A stretch of 64,000 bases of DNA, taken from NCBI RefSeq assembly GCF_001194135.2, contig NC_068982.1, forward strand, positions 70,043,943 through 70,107,942, read 5' to 3'. Position 1 is the first letter of the stretch; the number at the start of each line of letters is the position of its first letter. The translations under genes and the position numbers were made by a program. This document shows, piece after piece, positions 13,738-27,000 of the stretch. Under the pieces are notes generated by a model that saw only the letters and a program-made list of their open reading frames with translations, was not told where the DNA came from and searched no databases. The stretch comes from Octopus bimaculoides. Taxonomy: Eukaryota.

Positions 13738-15343
13738 AGAATGTGAAGGTGTGCCTTAGTGCTTAGTTGGGGTGTTGGGTTCGTGATAGTAACATTGTGG
13801 TTTCGTTTCTCCAGACTGGGTGGTGCATTGTATTCTTGAGAAAAATACTTCATTTCATGTTGCTCCAGTTCACTCAGCTGAAAATGAATCTCAGCAGCAG
13901 CTGGATAGAGGAGTTAATCCTGCAGCAGGCTGGCATCCCGTTCAGTGGCAGTATCATACTCTCAGTCCCTTAGATGCTATGTAAACTGAGATAAACTCTA
14001 GCCTAATGAGCCTGTAGGGTTTGTAACAAACTTAAGACCTAATTTTAAAGAATACTGTATGCAAGCAAGGCTGCAGTTAAGCAGTCTGCTTTGCAATCAT
14101 TTGGTTTTAGGTTTGATCCCACTGTGGAACACCTCTGAGCGAGTGTCTACTGTCATAGTCTCAGATTAACTAATAGAGTGAAATTTGACTGGTGATAACT
14201 GGAGAGAGAGAGAGAGAGAGAGAGAATTGTTGCAGAACATGTGGCATTTAGGTATTCAGTTATGGCCCTTTAGACCAATTTGGACATAGCAAATTGATAA
14301 ATAGAAATCAATAAAAAAAAAATCATCTAAAATCCCTTAGGGCAGTACTCCAACATGGTCACAGCCTAAACACTGAAATTAATAAAAGAATTGCTAAACA
14401 TCTAAAAGTTGGAAAGGGAGAATTTCCCAAACTACAGACCCAAATGGTGATACAAAGACTTCCAAGTAATTCAGTAATTCAAGAAAGCTAATGACCAATA
14501 TCACCAAGATATTTTATAATTCATTTTCTTTTGAAATAACTCCTTAAGAAATAAGTTATTTTGAAAAGAATAAGTTTAGTGTTTGGAATTTAACTTCAAC
14601 AAAAGGTTCTTAGATATGATGATGATGGAAGATTCTAGGTTATAAACATGGTAAGATGGAGAACTTTCATGTGTGACTTGTGTTATATAAAGACATGTAC
14701 ATATTTAATTATTCCATCTTCACACACCATGCCTTGTAAAGAAAAACTAATTTATCTGCTTATTAAATAACATATTATTCAAGTGCTTATTCATATACAC
14801 TTGAATGAAAATAAAAGGTAAAATAGTTTAAAATTGAAATGGTTATGAATAAAGGAAGTGCAGACCACAATACACAGATACTAAATTCTTAACACGTTTA
14901 ATATGTAATCACACACACACACACATAGATATATTTATATATATATCTGTCATTACTGATCAAAGAATTTAACTTTATCTCTGACCCACTCGCATAACAA
15001 ATCCCAATTTACTATTATAAGTTTTGCTGACAATAGGTACCAAAAATGAATATGTGCCATGCTAATCCTTACCCTTGTTATAGCAACCATAACTTGCTGA
15101 TCAGAAACTATTAGAGAAAGAATAATATTCTTTCAACAAGATCTGAGAGAGAGAGAGAGAGAGAGAGTGGGTGTATGTGTGTGTGTGCACACGTTTGTGC
15201 TTTTGTGTGTGTATGTGTGTAAAATATTTGGCCTCAACTCTTAAGACATTAGAAGAACATTTTTCTCAGAATTAAAAGCTAAAATATGCGAAGATGGAAA
15301 TAATTTTTTTTTTTAAATCAATACTAGAAATAATAACATATTC

Positions 15344-15387
<44 letters not shown>

Positions 15388-16967
15388 GATGTTAGATATT
15401 TCAGTTCTATTCCAGCAGTTAAAATTACTACAAAAATGATTAAGTTAAAAACTAGGAACTAAATTCAAAGTTTATGTAGGAACAACATCCAACAATATCA
15501 TTAAAACAGCAGAAAACAGAAGATATGCATTTTCTATTTTTACATTTTGTATCACTTTTTAACTATTTATAATTCAATAGAGTCTTTAAAAAAAAGATGG
15601 TTAAACTTTCCTGCTTTGTTTTTAATTCTTAATCCAGTTTTATAGCAATAAGTCAAGAGCTACATACGAGCTTGTGATCCACCAAACATATATTCCCACA
15701 TGCTGACAATGCAACATGTATAAACCAATACCACACCTTCATAAAACTATTTCTAGCAGGTTAAAATACTTGACAACCCACAGGAAGATATTAAGACATC
15801 CAACTTTGGAAATTAGCAAAAATTTATGTCTACTAATCCAAAACATTTTTTCTACAAAGATTAAAAAATATATATAAAACAAACAGAAGAAATCACTTTA
15901 GAAACCAACAGGAATGTTTATCCCAGCCTCTTTGGTATTCGTTCTTTCTCTGTTATACTGCTGTCAAGTGGAGCAATTCACAAAGCAGATTACAAAACAG
16001 CAAACAGACAGATGTCTGCTGAACATTAACACATCCATTGCAAGAGCTTTCAATGAAAAAGTTATTACAGTTTTGGACAGACTTTACTGCAAAACTCTAC
16101 CAAATATCTAAAACAAAACTGATCACAACAGTATTGAATGTTAAGTCCAGTTAGAGGTTTCAGAAAATTCTCTATTATTTATTGATTTTTGTATTTTCTT
16201 TCAGGCGTTTTTTTTTCGTAACATTTCACTAAAACAACATATTTCTACTTCCTTTTCCTTCTTTCCTTTCCCATCTTTTTATTTTGAATTTTAATAATTT
16301 TTTTTTTTTTTTACCTGCTCACACTTAACCATTCGAAACCAAGGAAAATGTTTTATCCTTTCATAATTAAGAGAAGAGTGTATACAGAACTAATTAAGTC
16401 CAACAGACAAGATATCCTGCGATAATGACAGCCAAAACAATATGAAGATGATGGCTTTAGATTGTGTGACGCAGTTTACATTTATTTCCTTGGAATTACT
16501 CCCAGCAACAGGTAGCAATTTTCTGTTTTTTTTCATATTAGCAGAAAGCTAAGTTAGAAGAACTTCGTTGGTAATAAATGTTTTCTTTTTAATAAAGGTA
16601 AATAAATAAAATAAATAATGTCTTGAATGCAGATCAGATGATTTTGTTTTTGTTTTGTAATGCATGATCTCCAAAACAAGGGAGCTAATCAAGTCAGAGT
16701 AATAATTTGGACTCAGTAACAAAAGATCTTTAAATTTCTTTAAGGTTTAGTTTTTCCCAAAGTCTGAATAATCACCATCAAAGAAATGGCACTGGTGTGT
16801 AATGTAAGCTTAAGCTGTTGGTTATGTTTTCCAAAAAACATAGAAATAGACTTCAGCTTTGTCTGATTCCAGTTTAACTGAGAGATGTCTGTCCAGATAT
16901 ATATATATAACCACTATTTATGCTTCAAGCTACAATAACATGTTTTAATTTTCCAAAATAATCAGAG

Positions 16968-18032
16968 TTTATTTTTTACTTTAACAGAAGCATTTTCTTT
17001 GGAGGAACTTTAAAAAAAAAAAAGAAAAACAGAGAAAATCAGGTATTCTGTGTGATGTGGAGAGTTCCATTTCAAAAATGGTAGAATATGTAACTGCTAC
17101 AGTCCACCATGGCAGTAGACCTAGTTTTACCATGGAATATTGAAGTCAAAAGAAGAACAAGATAGCTCAGGTGTGTGTGTGTGTGTGTACATACATATAT
17201 GTATGTACATGTGTGTGTGTACATACATATATGTATGTACGTGTGAGTGTGTGTGTGCATATTTATCATCATCATCAAGATTCTAAACTGCAAATGATTG
17301 TTTCACAAGGCTCTGACTACTATTATTATTATTACTATTATACATAGTCAGCTACTAACAACAGAAACAGTAGCAACTATCTTGTACAGTGACAGCACTA
17401 TGAAAGGTGGGGGGAAAGGAAGAGGGAGTATAAATAAAAACAAAATGACAACAACAACATGAGGGAAGGATTGGTTCTCAAGCTGAAACAGTGAGGCACA
17501 AGGCAGAAACAGAACAAAATTCTTAAGCAGATTGTTTTGAGTAGTTTGCATAAACAGTTGGTCTTTAATGATAAGAAATGTCTTTGGTAATGAAACAGTT
17601 ACAATAGATGTTTTAATGACAGCAATTAGACTTTGATTTTGTGTGTCATCGGCACGAACAGTTTGGTTGTCTTGCAGCATTTCTCTCTTCTCTGATTTGG
17701 TATAAAATCTCATCAGATGGGGGGGAAAGCGATATTGGTAGAAGTGCTACAGCAGGAATATCAATGAGCAATAGTTTTCAGTTTGCAGACAGTTCAATAA
17801 AACAAGATGGAACTTCAGATTATCTGCGCAGGCAGCAATAATATACAGATGGGATGAAGGTTATTTCAGACAAAGTTCTTTAAGTTGTAAATCATATGGA
17901 ACTGTGCAGAAGAGCCTTCCTTCTGTTGGAACTGGTTCAACGTGAATTGTTAGTAAAACACCGATACAGCTCAGAGTCAAGTTGACAGTGATGGCAATAA
18001 CAATAACAACAACAGAAATAACAACCACATGC
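16968..18032 (-). other. Putative FAM13 3' UTR (true end uncertain)
   Basis: Follows the stop codon, has no recognisable transposon, and has an AATAAA on the minus strand at 16968-16973. Further AATAAA sites lie downstream, so the UTR could be longer. Confidence 0.4.
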
Positions 18033-18098
18033 TTACAGTTTCTGTTGCTGGTATTTGGAGAGCAGTGCCTCAAGTAGACGTAACCTAGCTTTTACTTG
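18033..18098 (-). CDS. FAM13A: FAM13 terminal coding exon l (66 nt including TAA): QVKARLRLLEALLSKYQQQKL*
   Basis: Acceptor tttttgtcttgcag|; matches FAM13A C-terminus KAKLRLLEVLISK. Confidence 0.92.
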   Translation of the reverse strand, partial: QVKARLRLLEALLSKYQQQKL

Positions 18099-21000
18099 CT
18101 GCAAGACAAAAAGGAAAAACAGAAATGACAATTAGACACAAATATGATAATGACATCTCACATAAGCATCATCATCATCATCAATATTATTTTAGCATTC
18201 CTTTTCCATGCTTGCATGGATTGTTCAGAGTTCCCTGTGGCACATTTTCTCCAGCTGGATGCCCTTCCTATTGCCAAGATAATACTATCCCATGGCCAGA
18301 CATGTTTTTACAAAATACTGGAGACAAACGACACTGCTTGTATGACAGTGACACTCATTTACAACTGTAGCATAATGTCAAAACATGGACACGGATGGAC
18401 GGACAGAGACACACACCAGGTTTTTTTCAGTTTCTATCAACCAAATTCACTCACAAGGCTTTCATCAGTCTGGAGCTAGAGTAGAAGACCCTTGTCCAAG
18501 GTTTCACACAGTGGGATTGAACCCAAAACCATGTGGTTTAGAAGCAAACTTCTTAATCACATATCTGCTCCTAGAAGTATGTATATATATATACAAGCCT
18601 GGGAGTGGAAACATACAAGCAGTGTCATTCATATCTAATATTCTGCAAAAATATATCTGACCATGGGGAAAGATTACTTTACTTGGAAACAGGTGCAGGT
18701 TAGTAATAGGAAGGGCATCCAAGCATAGGAAACCTGGCTCAACTATCTAACCCATACAAGCACAGATAAGTGGAAATTAAAATGATGATTATGGCAAATC
18801 AAAGCAAGTTTTATTTATTTAAACTAATACAAATATTGTGAATGTGTAAAAATGGTTTTGAAACACAAAATTTAACCTTACTTTGTATTCTTGGTAATCT
18901 TCTTGTAAAGGAATTTTATCTTCTTTCTGCACTTTTCTGGAAAAATAAATAAATATGTATATATATAAACGAACAAAGAGAATTTTATCGTAACAGAAGG
19001 AAACAGAATTGGTTGAGAAATCTAGAGAAAAAATTGATTAAAGTTCCAACCAAATGACTGAACAAAATTATAACCCTCTTTCATGCCACTTAAAACCTGG
19101 CATAAAGACATCCACATCTCAAATACTACTCACCACACCACCCACTTAGTAGAGGGCGCTTTATCTTTTTCCTGCACTTTTCTTGTCTTATAGATAGATT
19201 ATTTGGCAAGCCCTTCAGTGCTAGTGGCATGAGAAAAGCACCGAGTACCACACAGTACACTGTGTAAAGTGATTGGTTTTAGGGAGGACATCAAGCCATA
19301 GAAACCATGTCAAAGCTGACATCAGGGCTTGGTGTAACCCTGCAGCTCACCAGATCCTGTCAAACCATCTAGCCCAAGCCAGTATGGAAAATGGATGTTT
19401 AGTGATAATGATGATGATATATAGATATTATTGCTGTTCATTCCCAGGTTGGCTCTGATGAAGTTTATTGGTGATTAGAGATATTCAAGCTATGACTATC
19501 CTTTTTTGTTTTTTAGTAACATTACATGCCAGATCACATTATTCAATGTGTACTTTTTTTTTAAGACAATCAGGAGTGTGGTTTGAAGGAAATGTGGTTG
19601 CTATTTCTATCAGATCAGGCAACAACCATAGAGGTTTGTGTGATGGCAATGATACCCATTTTACTTGTGAGATGTGATTTTGATTCACATACAAGTGATG
19701 AGATTACAATCAATCAATGACTTACTTTGATGACTTACAATTCAAATCTCAAATCCTGCCAGGATTAACAGAACTATTTGTTCATCTGAAGTCAATCAAG
19801 AATTTTAAGGCAAGTGGGCCATGTGTATATATATTCCCACCCCCCACTGCTTAACAACCAGTGTTGGTTTGTTTATGTTCCTGTAACTGAACAGTTTTTG
19901 CAAAAGAGACCAACAGAATAAGTACAAAACTTGAAAATAAGTACTAGAGTCTGAAGTAAAATATCTGAAACGCTGCACCAGGATAGCCTAGGCACAGATG
20001 TGATTATGTGGTTAAGAAGCTTGCATCTCAACCACATGGTTTCAGGTTCAGACCTACTGCATGGCACCATGGGCATCTTTTACCAGGTCAATCATATCCT
20101 TGTAAATGGATTTGGTAGACAGACACCGAAAGAAGACTGTCATGTGTGTATGCTTGTATCATCTCTTTGTCTTGACATTACATGATAGTTGTAAATGAGT
20201 GTCACTGTCATATAAGCAGTGTCATTCATTTCCAATATTCTGTGAAAACATGTTTGGCCTTGGTGAAAAAAAACCTTCCTTGGAAACAAGTGAGGACTGA
20301 CAACAGGAAAAGCATCTGGCCATAGAAAATTTGCATCAACAATTTTCATCCAACCTATGCAAGCATGGAAGAGTGGATGCTAAAAACTGCTAATTTTTCT
20401 ATAATTAGTTATGTGTCTAATAGCTTTGTTTGAACAAAGCTAATTAGAGCCAGTTACCACAAAGTTGTTGCTGTTTTGAATAACCTTAGGCAGCTCAATC
20501 TTAAGATACAAATATAAAACAGAAGAAACCAAATAGAGATTTGGGTGCAAGTCTCAAATTCTTCTCCATCTAACCTGCCAGACTTCAGTTTATAACCAAG
20601 TTGGAAACCCTGACTGTAGTGGCTGGTTGTGTAGAAGGAAGCAAGGCAGTGAGAGTATACCTCATCTTTTTACCTAATTGTCTGTCTATATACATTTAGA
20701 GATGTGAATGTGTCGAAAGTAGACACAAATTATGTGTACTCAGTCAGTAAATTCATATGTAACCTGTGTGGTGTCACACAAAAGCGCCCATGTGGTGTCA
20801 TGTTAAAGCACCCATACGACACCATGTAAAAGAGCCCATGCAGCACCAGTAAAAGTGCCCATGTGATGCCACATAAAAGCACCCAGCACACACTGTAAAG
20901 TAGTTGTCATTAGGAACAGCATCCAGTTGTAGAAAGCATGCCAAATCAGACTGGAGTCTGGTGCAGCTTTCCAGCTTGTCAGCTCTAGTCACACCATCCA

Positions 21001-24000
21001 ACCCATGCCAGCATGGACAATAGATGTTAAATGATGATGGTGATGATGTGTGTATGTATGTATTAATGCTTACATTCAGCATTCACATGAAAATAGCACT
21101 GAACTGCAAATAGTGGACTTTGTTGATAATTCCCTATCAACAAAAAGGTGCAGGCATACCACATGTTTTGAGATTCAGTCCCACTACACAGCACCTTAGT
21201 CAAATGTCTTCTATTATAGCCATGAGCCAATAGATGGAAATTGTATGGAAGTTAATCATGTCCAACCCATGCCAGCATTGAACATGGACATTAAATGATA
21301 AAGATGTATATCTTTGTGTTTGCTCCCTTCCTACCCCCACTGCTTGACAACCAGTGTTGGTTTGCTTATGTTCCTGTAACTGAACAGTTTTTGCAAAAGA
21401 GACCAACAGAATAAGTACTGGAGTCGACTTGTTTGACTAATCTCTTCAAGGTAGTGCCCCAGCATGGCCGCCGTCCAATAACAGAAGTAAAGGATAAAAT
21501 TAAAATGATCCCTTAGCTCTGTGGAATAAAAAAAAAAATCCTTTACTTGAAAAAAAAAAAAACATTGACAATATTTACTTGTCTATCCCATTCTAGCACA
21601 AAAAACACAACAAACAACATCTGAGGCAAAGCGTAAGAAGAGTAAAAACCCCTTTTGGTCATGAATGACCATGGAATTGCACCTAGACAGTTACCCTCCA
21701 AGGTACAAGTCTGGGCAAGGTTATTTATGGAAGACAAGGCAGCGAGCTGGCAGAATCATTAGCACGCCGGGTGAAATGCTTAGCGGTATTTCGTCTGCCG
21801 CTACGTTCTGAGTTCAAATTCCGCCAAGGTTGATTTTGCCTTTCATCCTTTCGGGGTCGATTAAATAGGTACCAGTTACACACTGGGGTTGGTGTAATCG
21901 ATTTAATCCCTCTGTCTCTCTTTGTTTGTCCCTTCTATGTTTAGCCCCTTGTGGGCAATAAAGAATTGTATTTATGGAAGACTAGTAGTCACCCATGCCA
22001 CTGATGTTATTGACGGGAAAGGCAAAAACTGATACAACTTGGCACCAGTGATATTGCAACTCATCTCTATAGCTGAATGAACTGGAGCAATGTGAAATAA
22101 GGTGTCTTGCTCAAGAACACAATTCACTGCCTCATGACTATGAGCCCAATGCTCTAACCACTGAGTCATGCACCAGCAACAACATCAATAGCAAATGCAA
22201 AGACATGTTTCTCATATGAAGGGAGACACATATAGAAATACAACTGATTGTTACTTTAAGCACTAAAATATTGCCACTTACCGTCCATTTTGACTAAGGA
22301 ATTCATTTTCAAAATCTCGAAGAATCTTTCTCAGCTTCCTCTTCTCAACTCGAGTCTTTGTCAGTTCTTCTTGTAGTTGAGGACTGAAATAACAATGAAA
22401 ACCATCAATGACACTTTATTTTCTCAAAGCTGTTCACTCTTGTTTCTCCTTAACTAACTCCAATGTATTTAAAATTAATTCTAAACTGAACATCATCATA
22501 TCAATTGATTATTAGATAAACTGCTTTTATCAAGTAAGCTTGGTCACTAAAGCAGACTATAGCCTGTATTCTTTTACATGTTTCAGCCATTTGACTGCAG
22601 CCATGGCTTTAATGGTTTTACTTGAAGAAATCAACCCCAGGACTTATTCTTCATAAGCCTAGAACTTATTCTATCTGTCTCTTTTTGCTGAACCATTACA
22701 TTATAGGGATGTAAACACACTAACATCAGTTGTCAAGTGATGGTGGGTGGAACGAATACAGACACACACACAGGAATATATATTCATCATCATCATCATC
22801 ATTAAACGTTCACATGAAATAGCATCGGCTTCTTTCAGTTTTTGTCTACCTACTCCACTCACAAGGATTTGGTTAGCTTGAGGCCCAAGGTGTTATGCAG
22901 TGGGACTGAACCCAGAACCATGTGGTTGGGAAGCAAGGTTCTTACCACACAGCCATGCTTGCACCTATGTAGACTAAAAACATTTTTTAGTTAAGATTTT
23001 ACAAACTCATAAGATTTTCCAGAAGCATTTCATGCAGTGCCATGAAAAGATGCACCTAGTATATTCTGTAAAGTGGTTGGCATTAAGAAAGGCATCCAGC
23101 CATAAAAACCATGCCAAAATAGACATTAAAGCTTGGAACAATCCTCTGGCTCATCAGTTTCTGTTGAACCATCCAACACATGCTAGCATAGAAAATGGAT
23201 GCCAAATGATGATAATAAGTTGGAAAGCAATCTTTGATACCATAATTCTTTATAAAGTTATTACTGAATTAAATCAATTAACCTTCACACACACACAAAT
23301 TTAAAAAAAAAAAAGAGTTGAAAATAAATTAGAACTTGGTTGATCATTCAAAGCATTCACATACCTAAGTGTATCAAGCTTTGTGAAATACAAATTGTCT
23401 TAGTTGGGTTTCTCAGTGCAACTAACTTAGTACCTCCTAAGATTTACAGCTTAAAACTTGTAAATTTAAAGATGTTTAATCCTTTAGCATTCAGATTATT
23501 CTGTCAAATGTAATGCTTATTTATTCATAATGCTTTGAATTAATTATGCAGTATTTTGTAGCAACTAAATTTCAATGATGTGATTGTTCATTTTAGAATG
23601 ACATCGTAGCATAATCAAAAAGCCAAATCTGGCCAGTTTGAACATAAAACAGATAAAATATTTGGGCTGGATATGGCCAGTTTAAATGCTAAAGGGTTAA
23701 GAGATGTACTCGTCTGACAAGTAATATGATCTGAGATAGTGTGTAGAAACTAAAATAATTATAGCATGGAAGACATTAACTATTCAATATCACATAGACT
23801 ACTGACTTAGCTTAAACATCTATTATCTGGTGTCAAAATTTTCATCATAATAAAAGGTTGAAGTTAACTGTTTTTGCATGCTTTTGAATGGCTAACCTGT
23901 ATATCTCAAGCTGTAATTGCTGGATATGTTTAATTATGATAAAAATTAACAGCATTACACATATATTTTATGAATATTAAGACTACATGGTATATCAAGT

Positions 24001-27000
24001 TAATTTAGTAGCAACAAACATTACAGTAAATGTGTTTTTATTGAGCTATTGAAAAATAATAGTTGTTCAGAATATCCCAGAGTTTGTTTCTCCCTATAAC
24101 ACACTAGGCAGAGAATGATAACTATAAATGGGGCCTTTTTACAAAGGATCCACTAGTCAGCCAGCTACTCCAACTCGGTGTTTCTATTCTATTTCTTATT
24201 AATCAAGCTAATCATACATCACATTGAAACTGTTACTTAAGTGCAAAGACCTATCAATACATTAATGTATAGTATATACTTACATAGTCATTTCATGAAG
24301 TGTTGCTTCTTGGTTAATTGAGCTTTCTCCGGTGCTCATTAGGCGAGATTTGGGAGATCCACTTCCGGCAGAGGTCGCTGCTGATGAAACCTTTATTGTA
24401 TCTCTTGTTAAAACTAGATCTCTGGTTACAGAAAAATCTGCAACTGTATCAAAATTTTCATCATCTTCCATTTCAGCTGTAGGCACATGAACTGTTTTCT
24501 TCCACTTTAAGACAAAAGAGAGAAGAAAAAAAATTATACATCAGCAAGAATAATATATTTCTGAAAGAATAATAAAGACAGTGCTAGCAGAGTTGTAAAT
24601 CTTTAATCAAAATATTGATTCCTCTCATTAGTACACTACTACATGTTTGCAAAAGGAGAATGTTGTTGCTGGCACTCTGTCGCTTACGACGACGAGGGTT
24701 CCTGTTGATCCAATCAACGGAACAGCCTGCTTGTGAAATTAATGTGCAAGTGGCTGAGCATTCCACAGACACGTGTACCCTTAATGTAGTTCTCGGGGAT
24801 ATTCAGCGTGACACAGTGTGACAAGGCAGACCCTTTGAATTACAGGCACAAGAGAAACAGGAAGAAAGAGTGAGAGAAAGTTGTGGCAAAAGAGTACAGC
24901 AGGGTTCGCCACCATCCCCTGCCGAAGCCTCGTGGAGCTTTAGGTGTTTTCACTCAATAAACACTCACAACGCACAGTCTGGAAATCAAAACCGCAATCC
25001 TATGACCACGAGTCCGCTGCCCTAACCACTGGGCCATTGCGCCTCCACTTGCAAAAGGAGAATGTACTTGAATATCATAAAACAGGTGTACAGTTGGTTG
25101 ATTTAACTCCAGTGTATGACTGGTATGTTTTATTAATCTTGGATGGATAGAGGGAACAAAATACTGTGAAGTATATGTTTCTACTTCCCAATCCATGCTA
25201 GATTGGATGGTTTGACTGGATCTGACAAGCTGCAGGACTGTACTTTACTCTAATGTTTACTTTAGTATGGTTTCTACAACTAAATGCCTTTCCTAATGGC
25301 AACAACTTTACAGAGTGTACTGACCATATTTAATATAATGACTTAATGAGCTTTTTATAGCATTGTTCATGTTGAAGTAACATTATATCACAATAAGAAA
25401 CAAAAAACATTTAGAAAGCACTGAGACTTCTCATATTAATAACCAAGATGTTACAAGCTAACCTCCCAACTATCTTGATGAAATCTAAAATCCAAGAAGA
25501 AAGAAGGAGCTTTTGGAATAGGAAAGGTGACCTAAGAAAACACAGAAAGGAATAGTGAGGACTCCTGGAGCTCACAAAGGAACAGACCCCACCAACTCAT
25601 GCCAACATAGAAAAGTGGATGTAAGATTGATGATGAAAAAGGTGGTAGAATATAAAGACAATCAGAGTTTGAACTCCTGCATTTGTAGTAGAAGGTTTTG
25701 AATATAGCCATCTGCTGTAACTTATATGATTTACGGTAAATGACAGAAATAATTAAGATGCAAAGATAAAATAGTAAATATAAAAATGTTATAAAAAAAA
25801 TAGATGCAGGAATAGCCATGGGGCTGAGAGGTTCACTGTGCACAATATCTTGATTTCAAGATCAATCCCAATGAGTGGTAGCATCTTCAGTAAGTGTCTA
25901 TCGTTTTAGATCTGTTTCTTCTTGCCTCTATGGGTAAGACCCATAGAGGCATGGAGAGAAACAGATGTAAAATGATGATGATGAAAAGGAGGGGTGGAAA
26001 GAAGGAAGAAAGAGGAAGAGGAGGAAGGAGGAGGAGGAAGGAAGAAAGAGGAGGAGGAAGAAAGAGGAGGAGGAGGAAGAAAGAGGAGGAGGAGGAAGAA
26101 AGAGGAGGAGGAGGAAGGGGGNNNNNNNNNNNNNNNNNNNNNNNNNNNNNNNNNNNNNNNNNNNNNNNNNNNNNNNNNNNNNNNNNNNNNNNNNNNNNNN
26201 NNNNNNNNNNNNNNNNNNNNNNNNNNNNNNNNNNNNNNNNNNNNNNNNNNNNNNNNNNNNNNNNNNNNNNNNNNNNNNNNNNNNNNNNNNNNNNNNNNNN
26301 NNNNNNNNNNNNNNNNNNNNNNNNNNNNNNNNNNNNNNNNNNNNNNNNNNNNNNNNNNNNNNNNNNNNNNNNNNNNNNNNNNNNNNNNNNNNNNNNNNNN
26401 NNNNNNNNNNNNNNNNNNNNNNNNNNNNNNNNNNNNNNNNNNNNNNNNNNNNNNNNNNNNNNNNNNNNNNNNNNNNNNNNNNNNNNNNNNNNNNNNNNNN
26501 NNNNNNNNNNNNNNNNNNNNNNNNNNNNNNNNNNNNNNNNNNNNNNNNNNNNNNNNNNNNNNNNNNNNNNNNNNNNNGAAGAAGAAAGAGGAGGAGGAGG
26601 AAGAAGAAAGAGGAGGAGGAGGAAGAAGAAAGAGGAGGAGGAATGAGGAGGAGGAGGAGGAGGAGGAGGAATGAGGAGGAGGAGGAATGAGGAGGAGGAG
26701 GAGGAGGAGGAGGAGGAAGAAGAGAAGGAAGAGATGACTACCATTTCCACCACATAAACAGAATGTAGACATTTCTTGACTGTATTATATACAAATGTCA
26801 CTTACAAGTGGTCGAGCTGATGTTGAAACTCCAGCAGTGAGTTCAAATGGTTGATCTTCTGGGACTGTTTGAAGTTCAGTTGTATCTCTTGGCTGTATTT
26901 AAATAAGAAAGGTATTTATTACATTTTAGTAAAAACAGCATTATATACAGTTAAATAAAACAGTTGATATATTATAGTTAAATAATAAGTTATATTATAT

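Noticed and set aside
17641-17841. Plus-strand 66-aa ORF in the FAM13 3' region
   Set aside because: Antisense to the putative UTR, with no supporting splice sites or homology
20780-20895. Regularly spaced 23-24-bp repeats that could suggest a CRISPR array
   Set aside because: No unique spacers, part of a eukaryotic retroposon family, and no cas genes
25887-26801. Long track ORFs (226-304 aa) rich in E/G/R/K or S/P/L/F
   Set aside because: Translations of the GAG/GAA repeat plus an N gap; not genes
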